From the IMG/VR virus record IMGVR_UViG_3300033121_002239, positions 1 through 64,000 of that record: DNA of 64,000 nt, one strand, 5' to 3'. The position numbers were made by a program, and so were the translations under genes. The DNA comes from a virus (taxonomy: Duplodnaviria > Caudoviricetes). Shown here in pieces: positions 42,700 through 51,521 of this stretch. Each line of letters begins with the position of its first letter. The stretch's first letter is position 1. The notes below the pieces were generated by a model that saw nothing but the letters and a program-made list of their open reading frames with translations, was not told where the DNA came from and did not search any database.

Positions 42700-44472
42700 C
42701 TAAGGGGGTGATGCGATGCTGATCACCCGACTCCCGCCCTTCTTCGCCGCGAGCTTCCGCTCGGTGAGGAGGATCCACCGACGGACCCACACCTCGGAGA
42801 TCCAGTGGCACATCACGGTGTCGTCGTGGGGCTCCGTCCCGAGGCCGTGAAGCTCCTTCACCAGCTCGTCCACGAGGGCGCGCGCGTCCTCTTCGTCGGC
42901 GCGGAGGTCGGTGGCGCGGCCGTAGGGCAGGACCACCTTCCCGAACTCGTAGAGGCTGCTCATCCCGGGCACGCCCTCGTAGAGGTTGTGCTTCTTCTTG
43001 TCGGTGGTGTGGCCGACGATCGGGAGGTCCTTCGTGCGGCGCAGGCCGATCTCGTAGAGCTTCCCGAAGGCGTTGTTCTCGACGACGATCGCCGCGCGCT
43101 GGGGGAAGCGCGCGGCCTCTTCGAGGATGAGCGCCGTGATCTGCCCGGGGGTCAAGCCACGGCGGCGGACCATGCGCAGGAGCACGCGCTCCTGCGTGCG
43201 CCAACGCAGCCCCCAGGTCATTCCCACGGTGTAGTCCGAGTCCTGCTCCTCGGCCTTCTCCTCGTCATCGACGAGCGAGAAGTCCCACGTCTGCCAAATG
43301 ACCGAGAACTCCTCGGTGAGGGGGTGCGGGCGGTCTGCGTCGAGGTCCCACCCCTCGCGCAAGAACCCGCGCGTCGCGCCGCGGGTCTTCGCCGCCTTGA
43401 GCCAGTCCGCGCGGAAGGCCGCCGCCGAATCGTCGGTGACCTGGTTCTGGTACTCGCGGGCGAAGAGGAAGCTCCCGATCGATCTCCAGACGAGGAGCAT
43501 CTTCTCGATCGGCCACTTCTCGGGCCAGAGGGTCTTGCCCCCGGCGTCGTCGGGGACGTGCGCGCCGCGGACGACCTCCTTGCCCGAGGCGTCGACCGTG
43601 ACGTCCCAGGTGACCTTCGTGAGGTCGGGCCACTCCAGAATGGCCTCGGTCTGGATCGTGGCGAAGGTCGGGTCGTCGAGGAGGTCCTGATAGGTGTCGT
43701 CGGCGTGCTTGCGCGTGCCGATGGCAACGACGCTCCCGCCGTCGTCGAGCATCGGAAGCACGGTGCCCTTCAGCCAGTGCTTCGTCTTCTTCCGGCGGCG
43801 GGCGTTCGCGACCGTCGTCTCGTCGTCGATGTCGTCGAGGATGATCAGGTCGTAGCGGCCGCCCGTGATCGACGACCCGACGCCCACGGCCTTGACGGTG
43901 CCGTCGCGCAGGTTCTTCGAGCGGCGCACGCAGATGGAGGACTTGCCCCAACGCCCCTTCGAGCGCAGCGTCCCGCCCTCCTCGGGCACCTCCCAATCGA
44001 CCTTGATGCGGGGGTTCTCCTCGAGGTCGTGCTTGATCATCGCGAGCGAGTCGCGGGCCGACTCGGCGCTCTTGCAGACGATCAGGATGCGGACGTTGCG
44101 GTTGGTGAGGATGCGGTGCAGGGCGAGGACGCGGGCGACGACGTGCGTCTTGCCGTGCGAGCGCGGGGCGAGGAAGACGATGCGCTTCTCCTCATCGAAG
44201 CGCCGGTACCAGTCGCGGTGACAGTCGGGCGTGGCGAGCCCGAGGTAGTGGAAGGCGAGCCACGTGAGGCCCCGGCCGCCTCGGAGGCGCGTGAGGGCGC
44301 GTCGTCCCTGCGGCGTCTCGATGAGCGTGCGGGCCTGGAGCTCGGCGAGCTCGCGCGCGTTGTCGTTGGCGGAGCGGAGCGGGAGCGGCTGCGCGTCCGC
44401 CGCGCGCCGTCGGGTGCGGGTACGAGGTCGGCGCGTCGGGGCAGGCGAAGTACTCGCCCCCGCGGCGCTCAT
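42700..44472 (-). CDS. terL: Terminase large subunit
   Basis: Walker A LAPRSHGKT, Walker B GGRYDLIILDD, nuclease WDFS...DSDYTVG and HDDTV. Confidence 0.92.
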   Translation of the reverse strand: MSAAGASTSPAPTRRPRTRTRRRAADAQPLPLRSANDNARELAELQARTLIETPQGRRALTRLRGGRGLTWLAFHYLGLATPDCHRDWYRRFDEEKRIVFLAPRSHGKTHVVARVLALHRILTNRNVRILIVCKSAESARDSLAMIKHDLEENPRIKVDWEVPEEGGTLRSKGRWGKSSICVRRSKNLRDGTVKAVGVGSSITGGRYDLIILDDIDDETTVANARRRKKTKHWLKGTVLPMLDDGGSVVAIGTRKHADDTYQDLLDDPTFATIQTEAILEWPDLTKVTWDVTVDASGKEVVRGAHVPDDAGGKTLWPEKWPIEKMLLVWRSIGSFLFAREYQNQVTDDSAAAFRADWLKAAKTRGATRGFLREGWDLDADRPHPLTEEFSVIWQTWDFSLVDDEEKAEEQDSDYTVGMTWGLRWRTQERVLLRMVRRRGLTPGQITALILEEAARFPQRAAIVVENNAFGKLYEIGLRRTKDLPIVGHTTDKKKHNLYEGVPGMSSLYEFGKVVLPYGRATDLRADEEDARALVDELVKELHGLGTEPHDDTVMCHWISEVWVRRWILLTERKLAAKKGGSRVISIASPP

Positions 44473-45188
44473 CCGGCGTCCCGCTTCGGGGCCTTGTTGC
44501 GCTCGGCGATCATGTCCACGACCGCCATCTGCACGTCGAGCGGGACCACGAGGTCGGGGGCGGCAGGCGCGGGCGTCGTGACGGCCGACTCCTCCCGGTT
44601 GTGCGCGCCCGAGCCAGGCGACGCCTGCGCGGCGCTCACACCGAGGACGAGGCGCAAGGTCTCGTAGAGCGTCCGCTGCGCGTTCGACAGCTCCTGTACC
44701 GTGCGCGATGGGATCGGGCGGCGCGGCTTCGGGGCCTTCGGCGCGGCGGGGTCGGGGGCCGCGGGCTCCGTCGGGACGAGCGGCTCACTCACGTCCGCGA
44801 AGAGGCTCTTGTCGGGCGAGGCGGGCAGGAGCTCCCGGTAGCAGCGGGCGGTGTACTCGATCTCCTGAAGGAGGAGCGTGGTGTTCAAAACCACCTGCGC
44901 CGCCTGGGTTCCCAGGATTTCAGAGGCGTTTTCAATGTAGCGCGCGGACTGCGCGTCCACCTCGGTGCGAAGGGTGCGCTTCCACGCCTCGCGCTTCACC
45001 GTCCAGCCGTCGCGTTTGGCGCGGGCGGCGAGGGTGGGGTGAGGGAGCTTGAAGCGGGGGGCGAGGTCGGCGAGGGAGGGCCAGACGCGCTCGGTGACCT
45101 TGGTCGCGTTCGGGGGGATCTCTCCCTGCACGTAGAGGCGCTCCACCTCCTCCCACGGGATATCCTTGCGTCGTACCTGCTTCGCCAC
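44469..45188 (-). CDS. terS: Terminase small subunit
   Basis: WEEVERLYVQG...SLADLA.RF.L...TL..RAKRDGWT HTH; coupled to terL. Confidence 0.75.
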   Translation of the reverse strand: MAKQVRRKDIPWEEVERLYVQGEIPPNATKVTERVWPSLADLAPRFKLPHPTLAARAKRDGWTVKREAWKRTLRTEVDAQSARYIENASEILGTQAAQVVLNTTLLLQEIEYTARCYRELLPASPDKSLFADVSEPLVPTEPAAPDPAAPKAPKPRRPIPSRTVQELSNAQRTLYETLRLVLGVSAAQASPGSGAHNREESAVTTPAPAAPDLVVPLDVQMAVVDMIAERNKAPKRDAG

Positions 45189-45203
45189 GCCCTTCGCGCG
45201 CGC

Positions 45204-45211
45204 GTCAACGC
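45204..45211 (-). promoter_or_regulatory. Late box GCGTTGAC
   Basis: Intergenic, 15 nt before the terS GTG. Confidence 0.55.
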
Positions 45212-45233
45212 GGCACCGGATTGACGGGGAGAC

Positions 45234-45566
45234 TCAGGGGTCGCGGCGGAGGTCTTCGGCGGCGGCGATCCAGGCGTCCTGTGCGGCGAGGGGGAGCGCC
45301 GACCAGGGGAGGGGGGCGGGGGCCTCGGCGCCGTAGGTGCGGGTGATGGCGCGGCTGTAGGCTTCGAAGGCGCGTCGGGCGCGGCGTTCGAGGCGGGTGC
45401 GAGCGCAGCGGAGGGCCGACTCGCGGTCGAGGTGGTGGCAGGCGCAGATCGCCCAACGGTTGCCGTCACGGTCGACGAGGTCGGCACCCCAGGCGGCGCG
45501 ACCGAGCTCCACCGGGACGGGCGTCAGCGAGGGGTCGGGCTGGACGATCGGGGGCGACGGGAGCAC
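45234..45566 (-). CDS. Hypothetical protein
   Basis: CACHH motif; LPWSALP.AAQDAW.AAA. Confidence 0.45.
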   Translation of the reverse strand: MLPSPPIVQPDPSLTPVPVELGRAAWGADLVDRDGNRWAICACHHLDRESALRCARTRLERRARRAFEAYSRAITRTYGAEAPAPLPWSALPLAAQDAWIAAAEDLRRDP

Positions 45567-47205
45567 GGCGCCGAGCGGGGGTCAGGGGACGGCCGGGAAG
45601 AGCATCATGCGGATCGCGAAGGAGCTCGCCGCGCGCACCGAGGGCCAGCCGCAGCGGGCGCCCGCGTAGGTCGGGGTCGCGAGGCGGGGCGTGGGGTTGA
45701 GCGGGGTGTTCGCCGGGATGCGCACGCCCTTGTCGCCCGTGGCCGGGGACGGCTTGAACGTGAGTTCGTACGCCGCCGAGGCGCCCTCGATGAGGAGGGC
45801 GTAGCTCATGCCCTGGAACTCCGCGGGCGGCGTGATCGTCGTCCACGCGGTCGGGTCGGCGTCGGTCGTGACCTCGACGACGAGGGGGTAGGTGGGGGCG
45901 GAGGCTTCGCGGGCGTTGTCCTCGTAGTTCGCCATGGCGCCTCTTCGAGGGGGTCACCCGCGGCGAGTACTTTCGAAGGCCGACGGGATCACCGGAGCGG
46001 TTCGGGCGACGGCTCCGCGTGCACGACCTCGCCGTGCTGGACGTGGTAGACCCACGTCGAGAGGCGCGCACGGCGGGACCGAACAGCTCCAACTGAGGCA
46101 GATGTTCCGCGCGTGACGAACGACGATGCGACGCGCCGCCGGGTGTCGCGCGAGCCATCCCGCGCAGGTGGGTCGCGACCGCGACGCCCATCACCTCCGC
46201 GAGCAGCGGCGGCACCGCGTTGCCGATGAGCGCCGTGATCTCCTCCTGGGTGCCCTTGAACCGGAAGTCGTCCTCGAACGTCTGGAGCCGCGCGCCTTCG
46301 CGCAGCGTGATGTTCCGGTCCTCGGACGGGTGCGCGAACATGCCGCGCGTGAAGCTGTCGAACCGCGCGGTGATCGTCGCGCCGGGCGCGTCGGCGTCCA
46401 GGCGCCCGTAGACGTTGCGGTGTCCAATGCGGTCGGCGCCCTGCTTGTGACACTCGACGCGGAGGTCCACGGGCAGGCTCTCGAACCCCTTGCCCGGCGG
46501 GATCAGGCGCAGGCGCTCCAGGTTCTTCTTGGACAGCCGCATCCGGTAGTGCAGCGGGTCGCTCGCGCTCGCGCGGTCGGGCGCCGGAGGCGGGAGGTCG
46601 CCAATCGCATCCCGAACCGTCCGAAAGGTCCCCTCCTCGTGCGTCGCCGGGGGCGGGTCGAAGGGCGCCACGTCGGCCGTGCGCCAGCCGAAGCACAGCA
46701 CGCGACGGCGCCGCTGCGGCACCCCGTAGTCCGCGGCGTTGATGAGCGCGGCGCGGTAGAGGTAACCGCCGTGAGCCAGCGTCGCGCCGAACCGCTTCAG
46801 CACCTTCCGACCGCGCTGCCCGAGGAGGCCGGGCACGTTCTCCATGATGAACATGCGCGGACGGACCTCGCAGACGAACCGCCCGAAGGCGAAGACCAGA
46901 TCGTTGCGGGGGTCTTCATCCTCCCCGCGACGCTGAATCGAGAACCCCTGACATGGAGGACCGCCCACGATGAGGTCGACGGGGACCGGCTCGTGTCGGA
47001 TGCCCCGCCAGAAGGACTCAGCGGTGAGCGTCCCCACGTCCGCGCGGAGCACGGGGTGCTTGAAATTCAGCTCGTAGTTCTCTACCGCGACCTTCCACGC
47101 GTCCACCGCACCGATCACCTCGAACCCGGCGCGCATCAGGCCCACGGAGAACCCCCCGGCGCCGGAAAACAGGTCGATAGCAGTGAGAGGTGACTTCGGG
47201 TCCAT
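45466..47205 (-). CDS. dcm: DNA cytosine-C5 methyltransferase M1; homology ends near 46070 and the rest is probable read-through
   Basis: IDLFSGAGG, GGPPCQGFS, MENVPG, GVPQRR.R, LREGARLQTF, GNAVPP. After PQLELFG the frame runs over two other genes. Confidence 0.9.
   Translation of the reverse strand: MDPKSPLTAIDLFSGAGGFSVGLMRAGFEVIGAVDAWKVAVENYELNFKHPVLRADVGTLTAESFWRGIRHEPVPVDLIVGGPPCQGFSIQRRGEDEDPRNDLVFAFGRFVCEVRPRMFIMENVPGLLGQRGRKVLKRFGATLAHGGYLYRAALINAADYGVPQRRRRVLCFGWRTADVAPFDPPPATHEEGTFRTVRDAIGDLPPPAPDRASASDPLHYRMRLSKKNLERLRLIPPGKGFESLPVDLRVECHKQGADRIGHRNVYGRLDADAPGATITARFDSFTRGMFAHPSEDRNITLREGARLQTFEDDFRFKGTQEEITALIGNAVPPLLAEVMGVAVATHLRGMARATPGGASHRRSSRAEHLPQLELFGPAVRASRRGSTTSSTARSCTRSRRPNRSGDPVGLRKYSPRVTPSKRRHGELRGQRPRSLRPHLPPRRRGHDRRRPDRVDDDHAARGVPGHELRPPHRGRLGGVRTHVQAVPGHGRQGRAHPGEHPAQPHAPPRDPDLRGRPLRLALGARGELLRDPHDALPGRPLTPARRRAPVAPDRPARPLADARPGGARSRRLGCRPRRP
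45582..45935 (-). CDS. Small late (probably virion) protein
   Basis: Late box and purine tract upstream; beta-rich sequence. Confidence 0.55.
   Translation of the reverse strand: MANYEDNAREASAPTYPLVVEVTTDADPTAWTTITPPAEFQGMSYALLIEGASAAYELTFKPSPATGDKGVRIPANTPLNPTPRLATPTYAGARCGWPSVRAASSFAIRMMLFPAVP
45953..45960 (-). promoter_or_regulatory. Late box CGGGTGAC
   Basis: Intergenic, 17 nt before ATG 45935. Confidence 0.65.
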
Positions 47206-47209
47206 CCGT

Positions 47210-48589
47210 TCAGTCGGACGCTACCACGTCCGGCCACGGCAGTGTCAGCGTCCCGCTGCGCTCGCCCGCCTTGATGCCGGGGATCATCCGGGAGAAGGAG
47301 GTCCCAACGGGCCGCGTGAGCCCTCGGTCGAACGTCTCGGCGGGAGGGGGCGAACTCACCAGCTCACCCGCGACGTGGAGCGCCACGGTGGCCGCGAACA
47401 CTGGCGGCACCGCGTTACCGACCTGTCGAAACTGCTCGTCGAACGACCCGGTGAGCCCGTAGTCCGCCGGGAAGCCCTGGAGCAGCGCCGCTTCGCGCAC
47501 GGTGAGCCCACGGTCCTGTTCGGGGTGCACGAAGCGCCCGCTCGCCGGGTTGCGCGCGTAGGCGGTGATCGTGATGGCCGGGCGATCCCAGCGCAGCCGC
47601 CCGTACACGTCCTCGTAGATGGCCTTGCCCCGGCGTGCGTGCGCCCTGCGGAGGCACTCCGGGCCGATGTTGGCTGGACGATTCCCTCCGTCCTTGGGAA
47701 CGGCGCGGATGACCTCCAGCGTCGAGGCGCGGTGGTCCGCGGAGAAGTGCATGGGGTCGTGCGGGTCGCGCACGCCCGCCGCGACCGGGCGCAGGTCCCC
47801 GATCGCCATACGCACGGTGCGGAAGTCCGAGCGATTCAGGAACCCGCGCGGCGCGCGAAAGGGGTGCGGCATGGCCAGCAGGAGCGCGCGGAACCGCTCT
47901 TGCGGGACGCCGAACTCGGCCGCGTTGTGGACGCCAAGGTAGACGAAGTACCCCGCCTCTTCCAGCATCCGGCGCACCTTGGCGACGAAGGGCCAGTACC
48001 GGTTGGTCAGGAGCTCCGGCACGTTCTCGACGACGATAGCCGCAGGTCGCATCCGTGTGGCGACGCGCGCGAAGTCGAGCAGGAGCACGTTGCGTTCGTC
48101 GCCTTCCCCCGCCTCGTTGCGGTGCGAGGAGAATCCCTGGCAGGGCGCGCACCCGATGAGGACGAACGGATGCTCGGGCCGCAGCGCCGACGCGGCCAGA
48201 TCCCGCGTAAGGGCCGGGCGCTTCGCAAACGCCGTCACGCTCTCGGCGACGGGGACGACCCCAAGGTTGGCGCGGTAGGATTCGTTCGCGACCGTGTCGA
48301 TGTCCACCGCGGCGGCGAGTCGGAACGTCGGCACCAGACCGTTGACCGCGCGGAAGCCGGCCGACATGCCGCCGCAGCCGCTAAACATGTCGATCACGTC
48401 GATGGGGCCTTCGGGGTGCGCCGCCCGCCAATGCGTGTCGAGGCCCGTCGCAAGGGCGACGGCGCCCTGTGCGGCGCCACGACGGACGGTGTTGGCGTCC
48501 GCCGCATCACCGGCGTGCGCAAGGCCCGCCAGCCTCCACCGCAACTCCTCGGCCCACGAGGGGACCGCATTCCGCACAGAATACACCAT
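47210..48589 (-). CDS. dcm: DNA cytosine-C5 methyltransferase M2
   Basis: IDMFSGCGG, GCAPCQGFS, VENVPE, GVPQER.R, TVREAALLQGFP, GNAVPP; RBS AGGAG. Confidence 0.92.
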   Translation of the reverse strand: MVYSVRNAVPSWAEELRWRLAGLAHAGDAADANTVRRGAAQGAVALATGLDTHWRAAHPEGPIDVIDMFSGCGGMSAGFRAVNGLVPTFRLAAAVDIDTVANESYRANLGVVPVAESVTAFAKRPALTRDLAASALRPEHPFVLIGCAPCQGFSSHRNEAGEGDERNVLLLDFARVATRMRPAAIVVENVPELLTNRYWPFVAKVRRMLEEAGYFVYLGVHNAAEFGVPQERFRALLLAMPHPFRAPRGFLNRSDFRTVRMAIGDLRPVAAGVRDPHDPMHFSADHRASTLEVIRAVPKDGGNRPANIGPECLRRAHARRGKAIYEDVYGRLRWDRPAITITAYARNPASGRFVHPEQDRGLTVREAALLQGFPADYGLTGSFDEQFRQVGNAVPPVFAATVALHVAGELVSSPPPAETFDRGLTRPVGTSFSRMIPGIKAGERSGTLTLPWPDVVASD

Positions 48590-48623
48590 GACGACTCCTG
48601 GGGCGTAGCCCGATTCGACGTCC

Positions 48624-48878
48624 TCAACGCCGAGCGCGGGGTGGCTTGGCGCGGGGCGGCTTGGCCCGCGTCGCCGGGGTGCGAGGGGCCGCCTTCGCGC
48701 GGGAAGCGGCAACCTTGGCGACATTCCTCTCCAGGAACTCGCGGATGAGCTTGGCGATCAGGGTGCTCTTCTTGTGGCCCTCCCGCTCGCAGTAGTCCGA
48801 GAGCCGGTCATAGTCCTCGGGGGTGAGGAGGACGTTGACGCGGGGGGCGCGTTCCTTCGTTCGTGTCGCCTTGGCCAT
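48624..48878 (-). CDS. Ribbon-helix-helix (CopG-like) controller of the MTase pair
   Basis: RVNVLLTPEDYDRLSDYCEREGHKKSTLIAKLIREFL; RBS AGGAGG. Confidence 0.75.
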   Translation of the reverse strand: MAKATRTKERAPRVNVLLTPEDYDRLSDYCEREGHKKSTLIAKLIREFLERNVAKVAASRAKAAPRTPATRAKPPRAKPPRARR

Positions 48879-48909
48879 CGGTTCGCTTCCTCCTGAACAT
48901 GCAGCCATT

Positions 48910-48927
48910 GTGTGGACTTGTCCACAC
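48910..48927. promoter_or_regulatory. Perfect palindrome (C-box-like operator) upstream of the RHH gene
   Basis: GTGTGGAC-TT-GTCCACAC. Confidence 0.7.
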
Positions 48928-49111
48928 TAATACGCACTCGTGTAACGCGCGATTGCGCCGTTCACGCCCCGTCTCGCGACCGGCGACGCGCACGCCCGCG
49001 CACCCGCGGCGCCACACGCTCCGGCTCGTGCGGTGCCGGAACGCGACCGTAACAAGTCGCCACACGGCCTCGCCAATTCTCGCCAAAGGTGTGCCCCTCG
49101 AAGGGTCGTGG

Positions 49112-49238
49112 CTACGTGCCGCGCTCCCCGAGGAACTTCCTGAGGCGCTTGCTCAACGCGTCCTCGTCGCGCATTTCGCATGCCCACACGACGAGCGCCG
49201 TCCACCCCGCGGCGGCGAGTGCGGCGAGGTTCTGCGCG
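49112..49238 (-). pseudogene. vsr: 3' remnant of a Vsr very-short-patch endonuclease
   Basis: NLAALAAAGWTALVVWACEM...LSKRLRKFL is the Vsr C-terminus; the N-terminal catalytic part is absent. Confidence 0.7.
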
Positions 49239-49500
49239 CCCTCTACCGCCGCGCGTACGCCTTCCTCGACACCGAGACGGGGGAGGTCACGGTCTCGCCC
49301 GCGGGCCACCGCGCCGCCTCGAACGTGCTCGCGGGCGAGGGCTTCACGAAGCGCACGCGCGGGGGCGTGGCGTACGTGTGGTCGCCCCCGAAGCCCACCC
49401 TCGAAGAGCTCCAGGCCGCCGACGCGAAGTGTGCCGAGCTCCAGGCGTGGCTCCGCGACTATCTCGCCCGCGCGGGGCAGGACGTGCCACGATGAGGCGC

Positions 49501-49773
49501 ATGACGACCTCGAAGAAGGCCCCCGACGTGGCGGAGCGGCTCAAGGCGGCGCGCGAGGGGCGCGGGCTCACCGTCGCCGAGCTCGCGCGGCGCGCGCGGG
49601 TCGAGGGCGAGCCGATCTCCCGGCAGGCCGTGATGAAGATCGAGGCGCGCGACGTGACGAACCCCGGCGTCCTCACCGTCGCGGGCCTCGCCGAAGCGCT
49701 CGAAGTGCCCGCGGCGTGGCTCGCGTACGGCGTCGGCCCCACCCCCGCGGGGTTGACCGCCGCGAAGGCGTGA
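49501..49773 (+). CDS. XRE-family HTH transcriptional regulator
   Basis: AERLKAAREGRGLTVAELARRA...ISRQAVMKIE...NPGV.TV..LAEALEVPAAWLAYG. Confidence 0.85.
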   Translation: MTTSKKAPDVAERLKAAREGRGLTVAELARRARVEGEPISRQAVMKIEARDVTNPGVLTVAGLAEALEVPAAWLAYGVGPTPAGLTAAKA

Positions 49774-49847
49774 CGCGGCGTGGAGCAGGCTGGTAGCTCG
49801 CCGGGCTCATAACCCGAAGGCCGTAGGTTCAAATCCTACCGCCGCGA
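49774..49847 (+). tRNA. tRNA-Met(CAT), initiator-like, with an atypical C1:G72 pair; CCA not encoded
   Basis: Cloverleaf CGCGGCG / GAGC-GCTC D stem / CCGGG-CTCATAA-CCCGA / GTAGG-TTCAAAT-CCTAC / CGCCGCG-A; anticodon at 49808-49810. Confidence 0.92.
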
Positions 49848-50108
49848 CCCAAGCCCCAGGACCGAGCTTCTACCGCACGGGAGCGGCGTGTGAGGACCTG
49901 GGGCTTCTCCCGCTCCTCATCGCCCGACCGGCAAGACGCCTGCACGCAGGCGCTCCCCGCGAACAGGCCGCCCCGACGGCCTGGGGCGCACACGAAAGAA
50001 CCCCCCGCGCGTCGCCCGAGACCCCGAGGTTGCTCATCGAGCATGGGGCCAAGCGGGCGAAGAAGCGCGCGGGGGGATCGGTCCTTTTCCTGCACGCCGT
50101 CGTTCGTC

Positions 50109-50417
50109 ATGGATGATGAATACGACGACCCGTGCCACGACACGGACCACGAAGACGACGGGGGCTACGCGGACGACGCGGACGATGAGGGCCGCGAAGA
50201 GGAGAGGTGCGCGCAGTGCCTCCACTTCGGGGACTACCAGTGCGAAACGCACGGCCCGGCCGCGATCGAGGCGCAACGGCAGTACGCGGAGTTCCACATG
50301 CTGAAGGAGGCGCTCGAAAGCGTGCTCGCGCTCCCCGACGCGTGGTCTTCGCCCGCCGCTGCGCAGCTCCAGAAGGTCGCGCGCGAGGTGCTCACGGAGA
50401 TGGAAAAGGTCGGATGA
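50109..50417 (+). CDS. Acidic hypothetical protein with CxxC...C-x-x-H
   Basis: DDEYDD...; CAQC...CETH; start uncertain. Confidence 0.5.
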   Translation: MDDEYDDPCHDTDHEDDGGYADDADDEGREEERCAQCLHFGDYQCETHGPAAIEAQRQYAEFHMLKEALESVLALPDAWSSPAAAQLQKVAREVLTEMEKVG

Positions 50418-50770
50418 GGCGTTACGACCACGACGAAGCCACGCGCCTCTACACCATTGAGGAGTGGACAACCACGCGGCTCGCGGCGCACTTTCGTGTG
50501 AGCGTCGGTAGCATGAGCGCAATGCTGCGCAGGCGCGGCGTCGCGCTCCGCGGGAACGCTCACCACCTCGACGGCCAGCGCATCGGGCGCCTGGTCGTGC
50601 TCGGGCGCGAGGGGCTCTCGCCGCGCGGGGCTGTCCTTTGGCGGTGTCGGTGCGACTGCGGCGCGGAGGTCGTGGTCTGCACGATGCGGCTCGTGCGCGA
50701 CAAGCATCGCAAGCGCACCTGTGGCGCAATGGTGTGTCGCAAGGCCGAACGTGCGCAGAGGGCGACATGA
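50414..50770 (+). CDS. HTH plus homing-endonuclease-type N-terminal DNA-binding domain (no nuclease domain)
   Basis: LDGQRIGRLVVL...WRCRCDCG.E..V....L......TCG. Confidence 0.6.
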   Translation: MRRYDHDEATRLYTIEEWTTTRLAAHFRVSVGSMSAMLRRRGVALRGNAHHLDGQRIGRLVVLGREGLSPRGAVLWRCRCDCGAEVVVCTMRLVRDKHRKRTCGAMVCRKAERAQRAT

Positions 50771-51489
50771 CCCGTCCAACGCGTGCTCACGAGGACGACC
50801 GCAACCCGGACGTCTACTGGATGGGACCGGGACATCCGCTCGGGTGGGTGCCTGGAACGCCCGCGTACGAGCGCGTGCGCAAGGTGCTGCGTCCGATGTG
50901 GTACGTCGACTTCAAGCTCGACTTGCGTGCACTCCGCGAGGCCGTGCGGCCGAAGTCGCCCGCCGACCGCAAGCCGCTCGTCCTGCTTGATCAGGCCGAG
51001 ACCCCCGATGGACGCTACAACCTGTGCGTCGCGCTCGTCGAGGAAGACGAGGATACGCGCCCAGCCCACGACGCACCCGAGGCGTGGGAACTGGTCTACA
51101 GCCTGTGCGTGGCACGGGAGACGTTGACGCGCGCGCTCGCCGCCCTCCCTGACGTCGATTGCGCCACCGCGCTCGTGCACGGGCCTCGCGCACCGATGGA
51201 GATCCTGGCGGGTGGCATGACGGTGATCGCGTCGACGTGGGCGACGTGCCCGGAGGCGCACCGTCGCGACGGTGGGCGGTATTACGAGAAGGGCGAGGCG
51301 TACGAGTGCCCCGCGCGCGACTGCGCAATGGGGCGTGTGTTCGGGTGGGATTGGACCGAACCTGTTCGGTGGGTGTTCTGCGAAGGGATCGGGGAGCAAG
51401 GGCGCAGCGTGTGGGTGCCGACGCCCAACACCACAAGCGAGAAGGTCGATGGGCTGATCGCGCGTTCAGGTTCGCCCGATCTCCCGTGA
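50767..51489 (+). CDS. Hypothetical protein
   Basis: ATGA-coupled; 240 aa. Confidence 0.55.
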   Translation: MTRPTRAHEDDRNPDVYWMGPGHPLGWVPGTPAYERVRKVLRPMWYVDFKLDLRALREAVRPKSPADRKPLVLLDQAETPDGRYNLCVALVEEDEDTRPAHDAPEAWELVYSLCVARETLTRALAALPDVDCATALVHGPRAPMEILAGGMTVIASTWATCPEAHRRDGGRYYEKGEAYECPARDCAMGRVFGWDWTEPVRWVFCEGIGEQGRSVWVPTPNTTSEKVDGLIARSGSPDLP

Positions 51490-51521
51490 CCCGCCGCGGA
51501 GGGCTCCCGTACCCTCCGGCC
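51486..51521 (+). promoter_or_regulatory. Putative leaderless promoter of lipoprotein 3
   Basis: GTGACC-N18-TACCCT-N6-ATG. Confidence 0.62.

Noticed and set aside
45466-46070. Genuine C-terminal fusion domain on MTase M1
   Set aside because: The extension is low-complexity, out-of-frame sequence overlapping two other genes; it is better explained as a lost stop codon.
49112-49309. Functional Vsr endonuclease
   Set aside because: Only the last ~40 codons match Vsr; the catalytic N-terminal half is missing.
49774-49847. tRNA as a prophage attachment site (attL/attR)
   Set aside because: Phage genes continue on both sides, and no integrase or duplicated tRNA 3' end is seen in the window.
50414-50770. 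Active HNH/AP2 homing endonuclease
   Set aside because: Only the N-terminal DNA-binding motif is present; the ORF ends before any nuclease domain.
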